This document shows, one piece after another, positions 24,753 to 40,200 of a stretch of DNA of 64,000 bases; the stretch's first letter is position 1, and each line of letters begins with the position of its first letter. The stretch is from positions 67,806,788-67,870,787 of the forward strand of contig CM120640.1 of assembly GCA_051362555.1 (NCBI GenBank). The letters run 5' to 3'. Made by a program: the position numbers and the translations under genes. The stretch comes from Lingula anatina (lineage: Eukaryota; Animalia; Brachiopoda). The notes beneath the pieces were generated by a model. It was not told the DNA's origin, made no database searches, and was given only the letters and a program-made list of their open reading frames with translations.

Positions 24753-27700
24753 TTACATAGGTTCTACAAAATCTTTCTCGATGATAAATTCAATCAGCCG
24801 CTTGTTACTCATGGATTCCAATCTCAAAGAGGGCAGAGAAGTGATCGAGTTGACCCTCCGCATATCAGGGGCAGATTTTGACTTATGAATGGCTGACTTT
24901 GATTGGCCATCTGCTGTTGAAACTGATTGTAAGCTGTATCCAGATTGGCTGCTTTGGCTAAGGGTGCTGAAAAAGCCATGCAGGTCGTACAGTGTCTTGA
25001 TATAGGAGGTTGTTAGCAGAGGTTTGCCTGGCTCTCTCATAATGAGGCGGACTTGCTCTTTTGACTGAAAAAGAGTTCAGATTTGAGTTAAATGTGACAA
25101 AATATGTATACTCAAGAATAACAAGATCTGATAACCCTGACCATATTAAAATAACATTTTTACATAAGGATAATCAATTTAAAATAAAATAAAATTATAA
25201 ATGCTTGAACTGCAAGAATTGTTTCACACCCTAACCCAAAACAACTTCTGAAAATAAAGATAGAAATACGCCATTACCTTCTTTTTCATAATCTTAGCTA
25301 GTCTGACAATGTGAGGTGAGAAGCAGGATGTTCCAGGCTTCCTCTGCTCTTCCTCTAGACCAGGGTCCCCAACAAATGCCCAGCGATACCTGAGAATGGC
25401 ACAAAGGAAATCCATCTATGAAATCCAATTGCCATATAAATAAAATTCTACATTAAGCTATAGGGGGAACTATTGGTGTAAATTACTCTAACAATTTCAT
25501 TGTTTCCCCATTATCTCCTGACCCTGAATGAAATATATTGCCATCATGAGTCTTTACATATGATCTACAATTATAACAGTAGTTAAAAATTAGAGCTGAA
25601 AAAAAAATACTCAATTTTTAACAAAAAAAGGTCAGAAATATGAAGTTGAAACTTGGGGGGGAGGGGGAGGGGGAGATCTAGTGCAGTCGGGGGAGGGGGG
25701 GATAGGATCTAGCACTTCCTTCACGACACTTACAGTTGAAACTGTGGCAGCATCTCAGCAGGCAGTGCCAGTGCCAGGTCCAGCAGTTTACAGGCCCCAA
25801 GGTACAGCTGCAGCCAGTCAGGACTGCTGTGGCCCAGATAACCATTGGCCCAGGTAGAGTCCAAGTTAGCCATGCTCTGACTATGTCTGCAATACAATAC
25901 AGATCTTGGTATACACACTGTTATAGAGTTAAGGTTTTAATATGAGTTTCTGGTAAAGCTCTTGTTAGGTATGTAAAAGATAATTTAGTCTGCAACTTTG
26001 AAGAATTTTATAACACTGTTGTTAATTTAACAAATGAAAAGTGAATATTTTCACAAAGCAAACTACATACAGTGTATGGCAAGTTACTCGTACAAATACT
26101 CATGCAAGGAAATTGACTTTTCACAAAACATATCTATATGCACAACAAAAATGACTGAACAATTAAGGCATCACTAGATGTTACATCACACTCCACACAT
26201 TCACTAACTGATGTGCATAATGTACGAATGCGTTCACACAGTCATCATACACATAATCCACACAAACATGCTGAATCAAAATAATTAATGCTATCATGAT
26301 TCATAAATAGTCATTTGAGATTTTCAACAGGTGCAGTTTATGCAAGTTACGTGGAGGTTCACACATTGTGATTTTGACAGTAAACTGATGTATCTGACAC
26401 AAGGTGAAATCACTTCACAGAACATTCCCTTTCTTTAAATATTTACAACTTAATTCATACTACTCTTTCAACCCTTTGAAATCCCATAACCAAGAAATGC
26501 AATAAAGCAAAATTATTGCACCATTTTTCAACTCTGTTGAACTAACACAACTGTGAAGTGAAAATTTTATCACAAAGAACAAACAATGTCACAGAAAAAG
26601 GAACGGATGTGCAATGACCCAAACATAAATCAAGACTTTTTGTCTGACATATCAATCAAAACAAAATGTCACAGAAACAACATGTATTTTGTGCAAGACT
26701 GGCAGAGAGGGTTGACTGTTCACAGCTTTGATTCTTATTCATTCCTCATTGTTAGTTTGCAGAAATTAAATGACATGAAGGCAGGAATTTATGCATGGTA
26801 CAGGCTACATGCACATCTCACAATATCAATACCTGGATTTCTTTTTATTCTTTTTTAACATCCTTTAAGTAAAGACAAGCAAGTGTATTTGTAAGTAATT
26901 GTCAATATTTTTCATGGCATGTACAAAACCAACTGTTATATATGTTACTGTGTAGCTCTGAAAAGACAATGCAATAATCACAAGGTAAATGTTGAAGGGA
27001 AGACTTTAAAGGCGTCCAACTTTCTCACCAGTTTTAAAAATATCAATGTATAAATTGCATAAACTTGGGTAAGTAGTTGATGCATCTTTTCAATAGTTCA
27101 TTATAAACATTACATGTTGCACTTTCATTCAAATACTACAACTCACCCTCTATCTTCAAAGTCTGAAGCTAATTCTTGCTCCATTTGAAGAAAAACATGC
27201 ACCTGAAAGACAATTTTTAAAAAGTAGATTTCACTCAAAACCATAGCTTGTAATAGCAAACTGCACCACTTACATATTTTCTGTCTAATCCACATACAAA
27301 CATATTAAACAGCAAACCACTTCATAATTCAAAACAATGTAACTTAAAACTACTATATATTAATTAAAGCCACCAAGCCAGCTCTGTGGCCAGTCTCCTC
27401 ACCAGCTCAGTAATCATGGTTGGCCAGAGAGAGGTAAGGTGGTGTGGGGACATCCTCAACATCAGCACCCTGAAGCACAGGAAAACTTGCTGCTGGACTG
27501 CAGGCACTAGGGAGTTACGCAGGTTTTCAGCAAGACGCTCTGGAACATAACATTCGTACCAGTCAGTTAACCCAAATAAACAATGGCTGGTATGTCAAAC
27601 AGCACCACTTACAACTTTTTTCTTCCCCACATACAGACAGGATTTAAATACTGTATATGCTCTCTGAAAACTAAGTAATTCAACAAACAATATGCCATGG

Positions 27701-28167
27701 GTTTTCAGCAAGATGCTCTGGCACACTGACAGCTTTCAGTGCAGAGAACAAATTACCAAACTTTCAGTAAAAGCAATTATTTAACTTTTTTGCTGTGCCA
27801 TAAAATTATGTCACATGAAAAACAACACTGTTTAGTGTAGTACTCTATAATATTATCATTTTCAGCTTCTCCAGTGCCCAACACAATATCAGGCATAAAA
27901 ATGACACCTTACTAAAAATCTACCTTGTATTTCTGGCATATATCTAGCATACTGGTCCAGCTCACTGCAGAATATGGTGAAGGAGAGCCTCTTTAACAGC
28001 TGTGCTCTCTGCTCAAACTCCTGCTCTTTACTGGAGAATATGTTAATGGCTGTGGAGGGATTGACAGACACACGAGCTGGAAGATGGCCAAAACAGATTT
28101 ATCAATTTGAAATTTTTACAGGATAACATTTGGATGCTTGCTGCTTTAAGAACAAAATATATTTTGA

Positions 28168-28210
<43 letters not shown>

Positions 28211-31200
28211 ATCAAATTAATTGTGTGTTAAGTTTATTTAAATAAAATCCAACAACAGTACAATAAACAGCCTACAGAAGTTGCTTTTCAACAACCCACT
28301 AATAAAACTAAGTAATGCTATCACACCAATATAATTACTAAAGCCACATGACATGTTTATGGAGACAGCACTTACTAATCAAATCCCTAAATGAGGTTTT
28401 ATCATGGGTCATCAGGTTGTCTATGACTATTCTCCAATTCTGAAGAGCGATAACGTCCATTTGGAAGAAGGTTGGGTCAAGAAGCATCTCAAATGCCTCT
28501 TTTTTCCAAGCTTTCCTTGTGTACTGGTATCCACTGAGGCTGCACAGGATCTGGGAGCAGGCACGGAGGCTGGGGAGGTTGTGTGTGCTGAAATATTCAG
28601 AAATATCAGTGTATAATACAGAAAATGCATACAGGATTTGTCCGAAACTGTCAAAAATAAAAGAGATCACTTTTTAATTTAAAATAAATCTACTTCAAAT
28701 CTGTTTCAAAATCATATTTTAATTAGCTTTTAATAATAATATTTCATCAAGGATTAAAAAGGTTACATTTATAGGCTTTCTATTATATCTGTTATATCTG
28801 GTTTTACTGCTGTAAGCTCAGTAGCCTGTTCTAACCTGTGGTGTTTGAGGTAAGGGAAGACATGGTACATGATATTTGCATTCAGAAATGGTACAACTTT
28901 GTCCTTCTCATCACTGCCATACACTATGTCCAGGACTGAGGCAATTGTCTGGAATAGAACAAATGGAGCAAATTCAAAAGAGTCACACACATAAACAATG
29001 TTGATATAAAGTAACCAAACTTTACAGTACAGCAAAGCATATGCATTTGACCACTGTCAGAAAGAGGTGCACTTAAAAATTAAGAATACAATCTGAGATT
29101 AACAGGCTGCCACTGTTATGGAGAGTGAGTTCCATGTTCTGCCACAATTTCAAACTGGATTCCACATTGTTTTATTACTGGATAGCAGATTCCACATTCT
29201 GCCACAGTTCCACTATTTCAGAGAGTGTGTTCCACCTACCTCTGCCAACATGACCAGGGCCTGAACACTGTACTGAGCATGACTGGAGCTCAGGACTGCC
29301 TTGGACTGAGCAAGGGTCAATGGGACAGAGGAAGGTCCTGAAAATTGACATTCAAAATAAAATTAAAAAGTTTGAACCTTAGCAACAATACTTTCAATTT
29401 TTATCAATCAATGAGCACTCCATTCTTACAATATTTTGAAATTCATTAAACTTGTGTTTAATTTTAGTAATAATAAATACTTGGCAAAAAACCTTGGCAC
29501 TAAAATTATAGTTAAGTCTTAAATAAACAAAGCTAGGTCCTAAAATTGATCTCAATTCAAATATTTTTTGTGAACATTTCATTGTAATTCCAGGCATTTC
29601 AATGCTTAGCAAAGAGTCTGTACCCTCAGCGTCATGTTCATGGTCTTCTGCCGCCACAACATCATTCTGGGGGCCTGGTTTCACGGCCAGGTTCCTCCTG
29701 AGCCATGTCGTCTGCTCAAGGGAAGAGCCGGCAATCAAGCTACATGCCTCTAGAAGCTTTTGAGCAATATCCTATGTAGTAATAAATACAACATGCTGTT
29801 ACAATGGGTCCACTGTTATGAAATGCCAATGACAATATCTCAAGTTCTACATTTCAGCAATCACCACTTTTAAATGATTCGCACATTTATCGTAAGAAAC
29901 AAACTGCTATCAATGGCTATGTATACAAAGTGACAAGATGTTGACACTGTACCTGCAGATCTTTGTGATCCTTCCTGGACTCCATTGGGGGTATTTTATG
30001 CACAAACACATGCAAAATACTGCAAATGAAGAGGATAAGACTTTTTTTAAAATTATCCAGCATGTGAAATACATGTGGCTTTTGAATGAAAGTCACAAAC
30101 TGAATTCCAAAATAAATTGGTTTGGTTATCTTCTAATAAAAAGCTTCATAATACAGATACTTGATAAAAGCTAGCAAGCAAGCAACCAATATATTGAAGT
30201 CATCAGATGATAACTTTGCTTAAAATTCTAAGATTTGCTCTTTATGCTATCTGGTCTACTGGTGATGTCACTAAACTATTTCTGGTCCAAGTTACTCCTG
30301 CTGTGAACCCGGCCAGACTCACCCCAGCAGCAGGAACTGTCCTGGGGGTACCAGAGCCAGTTGAAGTCCCTCCTTGAACAGTGCCAGCAGGGAGGACCAG
30401 CTGTCCAGCAGCTGAGGGGCAGGTGTCCTCTCCACATAGGCATAGAAGAACTGCAGCATGCTCACCTCCAGGGGAACACGCTTCTGGATGATAAAATATT
30501 TAAATACTTGATTAGTAATGATGAGTTAGTTTGAGTTTGATTTCATTTAAGTTTAATAAAAGGGTGACTCATTTCTGTATGTGGAATAATACAAAACCAA
30601 AAGTAATACAAAAATTTAAGAAGCAATAAGTTGGAAAGCAAACCCAAAAACGGAAAAGGAACCACCAATTCTAAAACATTTATATCAGATACGTGGGTAC
30701 ATGATAAAATTTAAAGAATGGAAAATCATTTTTCTATTACTTAAAACATTCCACTAATTCATTTTCAAACAGTAATCAAGAAAAGAATATCAATGTTAAT
30801 CAATCTATTTTCTTCTCTATACACCACAGTATTCTCACCTTGTTCCTGTCTTGGTTGGTGGGTGGAGGAGACTTGATCACCTGTCTCAGGGTCTGGATCA
30901 GGGTGTCAGTGGGCAGTACTCGGACAGAACTGACCAATTCAACCAGCAACAGTTGGTCTTCACACCAGTTTGGAATTACCTGGAGTGAGGAGTTATTATA
31001 ATGTTAAACAGTCTTTGACAGAAACAGCTATTTCTGTGTAAAACTGAAGTTTAAAGAACAAAAAATTGTGCATTAATTTATGTTAACAATCATTTTCTGC
31101 ATCAAGATATTAATGCACAGAATAAAAGTGCTTACTTAGTTACTTTAAAGATCATTCTCGTAACTATAAATCTGATTACAACAATCTTCTTTGCCTGCAT

Positions 31201-34200
31201 CATTTGATATAGTATCCTTATCAATGACAATGGTGTACCAAACAGCAATGAGATTTGTATCCTGCACAGCTCTAATCATATGAGTTCATAATGCATGTGC
31301 AAACTTGAGAAAAAAAGTTCATGATAACACAGCAGCTCTAAATCAAATCATAATTGGATTTTTTTTGTCCAGTTTCAACCATTTTTCAATACTACATGAA
31401 CTGCCCCCTTTAAACCAAGCACTGTGATGTACTACTTCTACACCGATAGCACACAATGCAACGTCCCTCCTACAAATTGAATAGCAAGGTTTCAATGAAT
31501 TCAAATTCAATGAAATTCAATGAATCCCCAAAAGACCCTTCACAAACCTAAAGAACTATTTCATTTACTCATGCCCAAATTGGACACAACATGAAGATCT
31601 TTTTTATATGTGCAGTGGCAATGCTTTTTTTCATTTTGATAGTAGTGGATTAAAGAGACTTGTAGAAAAATAAAATCTAATTTGAATTATCAAAGTACTA
31701 TCTATTACATCATCAATGACATCATAATCATGTACGTTTCAAGAAGAAAAGCATCAACTCATGCATTAATTTTAAGTCTTAAGATTATCTGCACCAACAC
31801 AAAAAGCAGCCCATATCAGGATAGTCACACAACATCTAACCTTCACCGATAATAAGGATATTCAAATGACTGAGCCACAAAGTATGTCTACTTGATAATG
31901 TAAATCTTTTCAAGCTTTCATTATCTGATTCAAAATAAAGCTCCCATGCCACGCCAACTTACTTCTACTTTCTTCCATTTTGCCTTTTTCTGATTAAAAG
32001 ATTTAAGTTTAAAATAAAACATGTTATAAAAAGGATATGGATATTACTGCTGTCACACAATTTTTCATGATTTTATGTAATTTCAGTATTTCTAAGAAAA
32101 GCATGGTAGCAGAAGCAAACTTTAAAGTTAGTAGCGGAAGATTAAGTGGCTTAAACCAAAAGCAAAGTTTTGAGAAGCTTTAAATATTGAATGTATATTT
32201 TTGAAAAAATATATATTTTGAAAATGATGCATATTTTTAAATAATAAGTTTGATTTCTTACCTTTCTATGTGACCCAGCCTCTCTTTTCCTTCTGTCATT
32301 CCATACCACAGCCACAGAGCCCAGCAGGTTCACACCATGGTACAGCGAGATAGGACTCAGAAACTCCAAGATACACTGACGTACAGCCTGCATATAAAAC
32401 AACCAATTTCACAACACATCAAGGCTAAAAAGGCTAATAATTGCTTGTAGAATCACTATGGCACTTTCATACATTCTAGGAAAGGTATAACTTACTACTA
32501 ACAAGGTGATACTTCAACGCACTACTTACCTTAATAACATTCCAATAACACAATTTTAAAGATATCCCTGGATATATTTGTCTCTTTTTTAAACAACCTT
32601 TGCGAAATTTTGAAAAGTGAAAACTGCACCTTGCAATAATCTTTCAAAAACAGTTCACCTTACCTTGGGACTTCCCATAGTCCAACATGGCTGCTCCTCA
32701 TCCTCCCTGGCCTCAGAGATATCAATGGCCTTCCAGAGCACAGTGAGGGCAGCTATCACCCTGGGCAGGATACTCAACAGTAGTCTCCTGGCTTCCACCA
32801 CTGGGGGGAGGGGACCAACCTCCTTCAGGGGACTGGGTTCCTTGGAGAAATTAATCAATAGAAAGATAAAATTGATGCTACTGAATTGGTACTGAGTTGA
32901 ATATGGAGACATGGGAATTTATATTTAAAAATTTTGATATCTGGTGCATTATCATAGCACTTTCATGTAGCTACTGGAAGTATATATGTACATTGCCACG
33001 CCCAACTGTGATAAGTGAATTCAAACATGGCAAAAATGAATGACCAAAAATGTAAATGTGATTATGAAGCCAAAAACTGGCCCTTAAGATATTTTGCTTA
33101 TTTCCTTAGTTACCCTGCTGTGTGCTGGGTTGAACACGTGGATCAGGTTGTTGAAGATCTGCCCAGAACTTTTGCTCTCCAGTGACTGTGCAGAAGTGGC
33201 TGCTGAAGTCCCACCTACTGACACCTGATTGGTGTTGTCAAGGAGACAGAAGTGACAGATGCCTGTCAAACCTTCAAGCACTGTTATCACATGATCTGGG
33301 GGAATTTTATCTGGATGGCGAGGTGTTCTAAAATTCAATAGTATGAAATGAATGTAATAAGTAAGTTGAAGAAAGTGGTTATATGGGTAAAATGACATTA
33401 CAGTTGATATGGAACTTATATCTGATATTGGTGTCGGCCCTCAGCCCTGGAAAGTCATCCACATGACAACATATCCAGGTCCCTGTATAGTGTCTGCACA
33501 TTGACATTGTATCAATCATATATGAAAGACACTGGCAATGCTAGGAGCGCAAGGATGATTTCATCACTGGGCATTAATGATTATGTATTTATATAAAGGT
33601 GCCCATTTTCCATGTTACACTATTACAAAAATATGTCTTAAAACTAGCTAGCTATACATGTAGGTTAAGAACAAATTTAAGGCTGAACCTTATAATAAAA
33701 TATTATTGGTATGCTAGATGAAAATAAATTCTAACATTAAAATGATTTCATATGCATTTGTATTTCACAAAAGCCATCACATAATAAAAGTCATGTGCCC
33801 ACCTTCTATAGTTTCCTCCACCCACAGCATACTCAGAGGCCAAAAATTCCAGGTTTTTACACAGCTGACAGACCACATTGTTGACCAAGTCTGGCAGAGC
33901 TTTGCCTACATGTGGAAGACATGAGATGACCAGCCTCATCCACTGCTGGTGCATGTGTGCCATGTGCTGCTGCTTCAACCCACTCAATATGGCAGACAAA
34001 AACATCCCCTGATATGCCACAGGCTGGCGTGCTTTGAATGTGGCAGACGACAGAAGCTGAGGTACGAAGGTGACCTGGGATCTTTCCCAGTCTGTTGAGG
34101 TGGTCACAGTCTGGTCCTGGTCAGTCTTGGTCTTATTAATGCAGTCCTCCAAGATGACAATTTTCAGCAATACATTGAGCAGTTTACTTTGGAATGCATC

Positions 34201-37200
34201 TATGGTGCTTAGGTTTATGTAGTTGTCATTGAAGCCTACAATAGCGTCTGTGAAGCTGATATTCTTTGCCGAAGTGTCCAACTTTCTTGTGTTATACACA
34301 CTTGACAGTGCACAGTGTAACGCAGCTTTCTGCACCTTGCACTTATTCAGCAGCTCTGTGGCATAAAAGGCAAAGGATTTGCCACTTTCCTTGACCACAC
34401 TAATCATCTCTAGCAGCAGGGAGCTTAGGACTTCAGTGGCAAGAATCTGGACCTCTTTGTTCCCAATCACCTCTTGCTCAGACAGCTCACTGGTCATCAA
34501 GTTTGGGTAATAACTCCTCACAAAGTACAGACACACAGAGATCAGGATTTCAAGATACATGCTGTTCCTATAGGTGGCTGCCTCTCCTGTCAGGTCACCA
34601 AAGAAATTCTTCCCAAACACAGACTTCCTGTGGCGAGCCAAGAGATTTTGAAGTTTAACAAGATGTGCCGTCCTCCTGCTGCTAATACTGGTAGAGGCTA
34701 TGGTGCACATAAAGAGTTTGGGATTACTGGCAATCATCGATTTCAATATAGTCAAAGCATACAGAGTTCTCTGGCAGTCGTATTTCTGTGCGTACAGCAG
34801 AATATGGGTGTGAAGAGGATGTATTCCTGGGATTTCTTCCATTTCTTCTCGTCTCTCAGACAAAGGATCACACTCGCTGCTGGAATCGACCTCAGATATT
34901 CGACTCTGAATTTTGTTCAACAGATCCTCATTGCTGCTTGCCTTGGAAACAATACTGCTGCTTCTCTGGTCTCTGTCCTGACAAAGTGACTCCTGACTGC
35001 CTTGAGAGTTTGCATCCTTGTCAACATTATGCAGAACTTGATCCAGGAGCTCTTCAACGATTTCCTGTGCAAAATCTTCAGCTTTTGTTTCATCACTGTC
35101 TTCCTCTACCTCCTTTGCCTCCTCGTCCACATCATCGTCAAATGTTATTCCTTCTTTCTGGCATATATCCTTATCTAGTCTCTTCACTTTGCCGACATCA
35201 GGAAACTCTGAGGGGGGAGGTTCATACCCCTCTCTCATTGCCTTATCCAGGGATGTGTTGGACCCAAATGGATTAACAAACATATTCATAGCATCTGGGT
35301 TCACTTTTTCAAAGAAAAGATCTTGGTGAACTTTCTCGGGGGCTATCTTTGTTGTTTCCTTCTCACCAATGGTTGTCAAGGCAGCCATGGTTCTAAGGTC
35401 CTCAGCGTTCTTCTTGCCAACTTGTTTGACATCACTGGAGACATGATAGATGACGTTGCCTCCTTCGCTGCTGATGGCATAGATTTTGGCTTCGTGATCC
35501 GACTCATCATTGCTCTCTGAAAGCCTGACCTTTCTAGGCTGGTGGATATCAACATGTTGGATTGATATCCTGAAATAGAAGTACAATTATTTATTTTCAA
35601 ATTCAGTCCTTTTTAATTGCAAGTAATTCATAACTTCAGGGAATTTTTGTTCACATTCAAGCCTAAGCAGATATCTTTCAAAATAATTCACTAACAAAAC
35701 TATGTATCATTCAAACATACAGTAGTCCAGGCCCGTAGCCAGCAATTTCAAAAGGGGGGTTCTTTTTCTGAAAAAGTGTCCCTTTTACCATATAATCCCC
35801 ACGTACCTAGGTCAAATTTTACCCAAAGTGGACCTTTTTCCAGCAAACAGGGGGGTTCTTTCGAACCCCCCGAACCCCCCCTGGCTACGGGCCTGTAGTC
35901 TGTCTTTTCCTTCTGTTTTGTGCACTGTCACAACAAAGAAAAGAAAGCAGTCACACAATTTAACTTTATTATAGCATTTTATAATATAACCTACCTGGCA
36001 GTATCAGGGTGAAGTAACAGCAGTAGTACAGGCTCCAGAACTCTGTTGATATCTCCCCTCTGGATAGCATGTTGTATATAACAGTATAACATAACTTACC
36101 TGGCAGTATCAGGGTGAAGTAACAGCAGTAGTACAGGCTCCAGAACTCTGTTGATATCTCCCCTCTGGATAGCATGTTGTAACCATTCAGTGGCTAACAT
36201 CTTGGTTGGACTGCTGTCCAGAATCAGGCTGTCCAGCAGCACAAACAAAGACCTGGAAAACAGGAGAATAGAGTAAGAGACAGTCAAGACAATCCCTTGA
36301 TGACATGAAGAAAAATGACTGTAATATCTTAAATGAATTTTGTATTAATTTTTCAGATTTGACCAAATACATACATATATGATTCATTAATACTGTCATC
36401 TTAGGGGCTGTTTAGAATGAGTTTGGTCATAGCAGTGGCTTTTGCAATCTCACTCACCCTGAACAGCCCCTTAGAAAGCGGACTGTAGACAGTTTAATTA
36501 AGTTTGGCACCCACTTGCATTGTACTTGATACCCCTTTACTATGCGGTGTACACATTTAATTTAACAAAAGAGTAGCATATAAGGGGAGATATACTTTTC
36601 TGTACCTTTCAAAAGTTCTTTTGACCTGTGGCATGCCTGGCTTGTGTCTGACCTCTCTCGTCAGGTGCCATAACACTGCAAACTTCTGGTGAGCCTCAAC
36701 CCTCTCTCGCTAGTTTAGGAAATATCAATTTACATACAACGCTATTCTGCTGTGAAACTTTTAAACAATCTTATATCTAGAATCAAAATTTCCAATATCC
36801 ATATCTGAGAGATAATATAAGTTTCTTAATCACATAATAAGTTTCTTAATCATAGAATTATATTTTATATCTATCATTCAATAATCTTCACCAAATTGAT
36901 CAATCTCATCTTCAGGCCTGCTTTCTCACCTCATTCTCTGATACCAGTGCATTCCCTATCACATCCTCACACACCCACTCTGTGGGAGCAAGCTGGTGCA
37001 GCTGGAAGAACAACTCCACACCCTTCTGGTGGCAATTGGGACTGTCTTGTCCTAGGTAGCACCACAGTCTTTCAGCAACAATCTGAACACAAGGCAAAGG
37101 CAATATTTGATATGCATATACAGTCTATAACATAATACCCACTGTGTTCTAGCAAATAAATACAATGTTTTGGCATTTTAAAAGTATACTTCTTTATGGT

Positions 37201-40200
37201 TAACTTTCAATTTAAAAAATATTCTCCAAGTATATTTTTTTATTTTCGTTTTGAGTTCATAAGTATCTTTTCTGGTAATGCAATGTATGCCATTTATAAA
37301 TTGCACTTATTTATAAATGCATTACTCTTGGCTTAAGAAATAAACTCCAAATTGTGTGACATTACCTTATAAAACTTAGGTGTCCCATTAATATGTCTAA
37401 AGACCTTAGGAGCCAGTGGGGGCACAATGACAACTGACACTGTCCCGTCACTGGCTGAGCAATGTCTTTTCCTGGCCAGGTCTTCACATTGGTCCAGTAT
37501 GGACCCAGTGAGAGTGAGCAGGTCTAACATGGCACTGACTGCACCAGCTTGGATGTCAAAGTTGTCCATGTAGCAGGCACAGGACAGAAGTATCTTCAGC
37601 CAGGGGGGAAACATATCACCATCTGGGGAGGGAAATATAGCATCATTAATGAATCTTAATTTTATATCACATTCAACAGTGAACAGATAGATAATTCAAA
37701 TATACCATTCCTGACTTATTTTCAGTAAAGCTACCATAGCATCTTCATGCTATTTTCTTAAAGTTAAAGCAAACAGCATGAAAATTGATGTGTATAGACA
37801 GTCATTCTTTAATAACAAATCAACTGCATTGTATCATGTTACATACAAAAATTACACAATCCCAATACATTAATTTACAAGTACCTCTCTTAAAGTTTCA
37901 AGTTCTTACATACCAACACCAAATGTCTTGTCCAGAATCAGGCTGTGATCAGTACAGTACAGAGGAAAGCTGGAGAAATCAATCAACAACTGACATGCTG
38001 CCATGAATGCTTCAGAACACTGCTTTCCTGCTGTGGAAGGGGGCTGAATCTTAAAATCATCTCCAGTTGGCTTGTGGCTGTCATCTGATTCTGAGTTACT
38101 AGTGTCGTTATCCTCTGAATATACCTAGTAGATATGTAAAATTGGCACATCAATTTAGTTAATTTGAGGTGGTAAGAGTACTGCAATTGACATATTAACA
38201 TATTAAAACATATTACATAAGCACACATCCATCATGTCAGCAAAATAAATGAATAAATTTAAATCAAAACTAATGTTCCAATAAAAAATTTTCACTTTCA
38301 AACGGCACCAAATTGAATGCATTCCAACGTCAACAATATTATAATGTATTACTCTATTCTAGTTTGGAAGACCAGTCTCTACCTTGTCTTCATAGCCTTT
38401 CATAAGTCTCTGTAGGCAGTCATCCAGCACTCCAGTGTCTGGGGTGATCCTATGGTAAGAAAATGTAGTAAAGAATGTCTGGAAAGACTGCACACATGCC
38501 TGCATGGTTGTTAATGGTTTCTTAGGGATCTGGTCTGCACTGTGCTTGGAAGTGTACAGCTTCAGTGGACTACGAGGAGGTGTTTTGTCTTTATTTTTAG
38601 CACTGGACTCTCCCTTGCCTGGGACAGTCAACTTTCCTTTATCTGATGGATCTGACGGATGTGTCTTGTCAGATTCCAGATCACTTACAGCACTTTCATA
38701 GCACTCATCATCAGTCTTCCTTGTAGGATCCAGAGACCCCTCCCTTGACGCCATCTCTGAATCATTTCCTCTTTTCTCTGGAGTGGCAGATGTCAGAGTT
38801 ACAGAAGAGCAATTCCCATCAAACATATCCTCATCATCGCAGCTGCTGTCACTGTCGTTATCAGACAAGGGAGTCATAGATGGCAGCACATGAGCCAGGA
38901 TTTTGGAGCACAGTTTGAGAGCGTCAGTCACCTCAGAATCTGTAAGAACCTTGCAGTGGTCTGTTATTGATGTGGTAATGTGACCAAGTAGCTCTGGAAG
39001 GTATTCTGTTTGAGTTTCTGTGTAAGTTTCCTACAAGAGAAAAAAAAGGCAGGGCTAACTTTTACATTGTATATACAACATGCTGAAGAATAAGACTTTC
39101 ATGTTCCACTCTATTGTTATTTGTTTTTTGGGGTTTTTTTTCATCGTGCCAGGGCAACAAAATGGTTCTTCATAGTCTCCATTTTTTTTTCAACTTGGTG
39201 TTTAACTTTTTTTGATAGAAACAATACTTTATGAGATCCCCGAGTTCATAATCAACTTACCAATGTCACTGTATCCAGTAGAAAACTGGCCAAACTGCAG
39301 AACTCTGAAACACCTAGGTTTGAAGTCAAAGCTGCTCCAAATTTTGGTTTTCCTTTCTCAGCAGTAGGCTCTTTTGCTTTGCAAACATTTTCAAAGGTTT
39401 TTGTCAAGAAGTCCCACAGGAAATAGGGTTCAAATGTACCAAAGAATAAGTTGGCTGTTTTGATTAGTTCATTGCTGAGACGATCATGCTTTCTGACATT
39501 GTTCTCAGTAGAGTGAAATGCTCCCATGTCCATGCTAGAGATGGAACCCTCTCTATAGATATCACCACGAGACTTCTTGGACAATTTTGATTGCAGCTCC
39601 ACTGCACACTCTCTGTACAGACACCTGAACACCTCCACTAAGACATCTTCAACAACCGAGGAACCAATTTCTGGTTTGTCCAACAAGCTGATAAGAATTC
39701 TGAAAGGTTTCAGCCCAGCACTCAAAGTTTGCTTTCCTCTGTTTTCTTTTTCTTCTTCACTCCCTCTTTCCTCACTCAATACTGACTTCAGTGCCAGGAC
39801 CAGAAGGGTTTTAGAATATGTATTAAAGTAATGTAATTCCGTCTCCCCACTCTCGCTGCTGTCACATCTTTTCAGCTGCTTATTGTGCTGTTCGGGTACA
39901 GACAGGAGAGGTGTTCCATTGACATCAGTGCCCAACAACCAGGCATACAGTCTCCTGTTTAGTGACATGTCTCGCCGCAGGACCACATAGATGCCTGTAA
40001 AATCAATTATTAGTAAAGTAAATGAATACTAAACAATTTTTTTTCAAGTCAGGTACAATACACATTTTTACAATATCTTTGCAGCCATTCAAGGACAGAA
40101 ATAAAAAGGTAATAATAACAGATACTGCTATTATAATAATCATTATATTATGAATATTATTCAGAGTTTCTTGCACTAAAGTTGACTGTGGTGCAATGAT

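Noticed and set aside
34474-35520. Plus-strand ORFs up to 171 aa
   Set aside because: They are antisense shadows of the large DOP1 exon.
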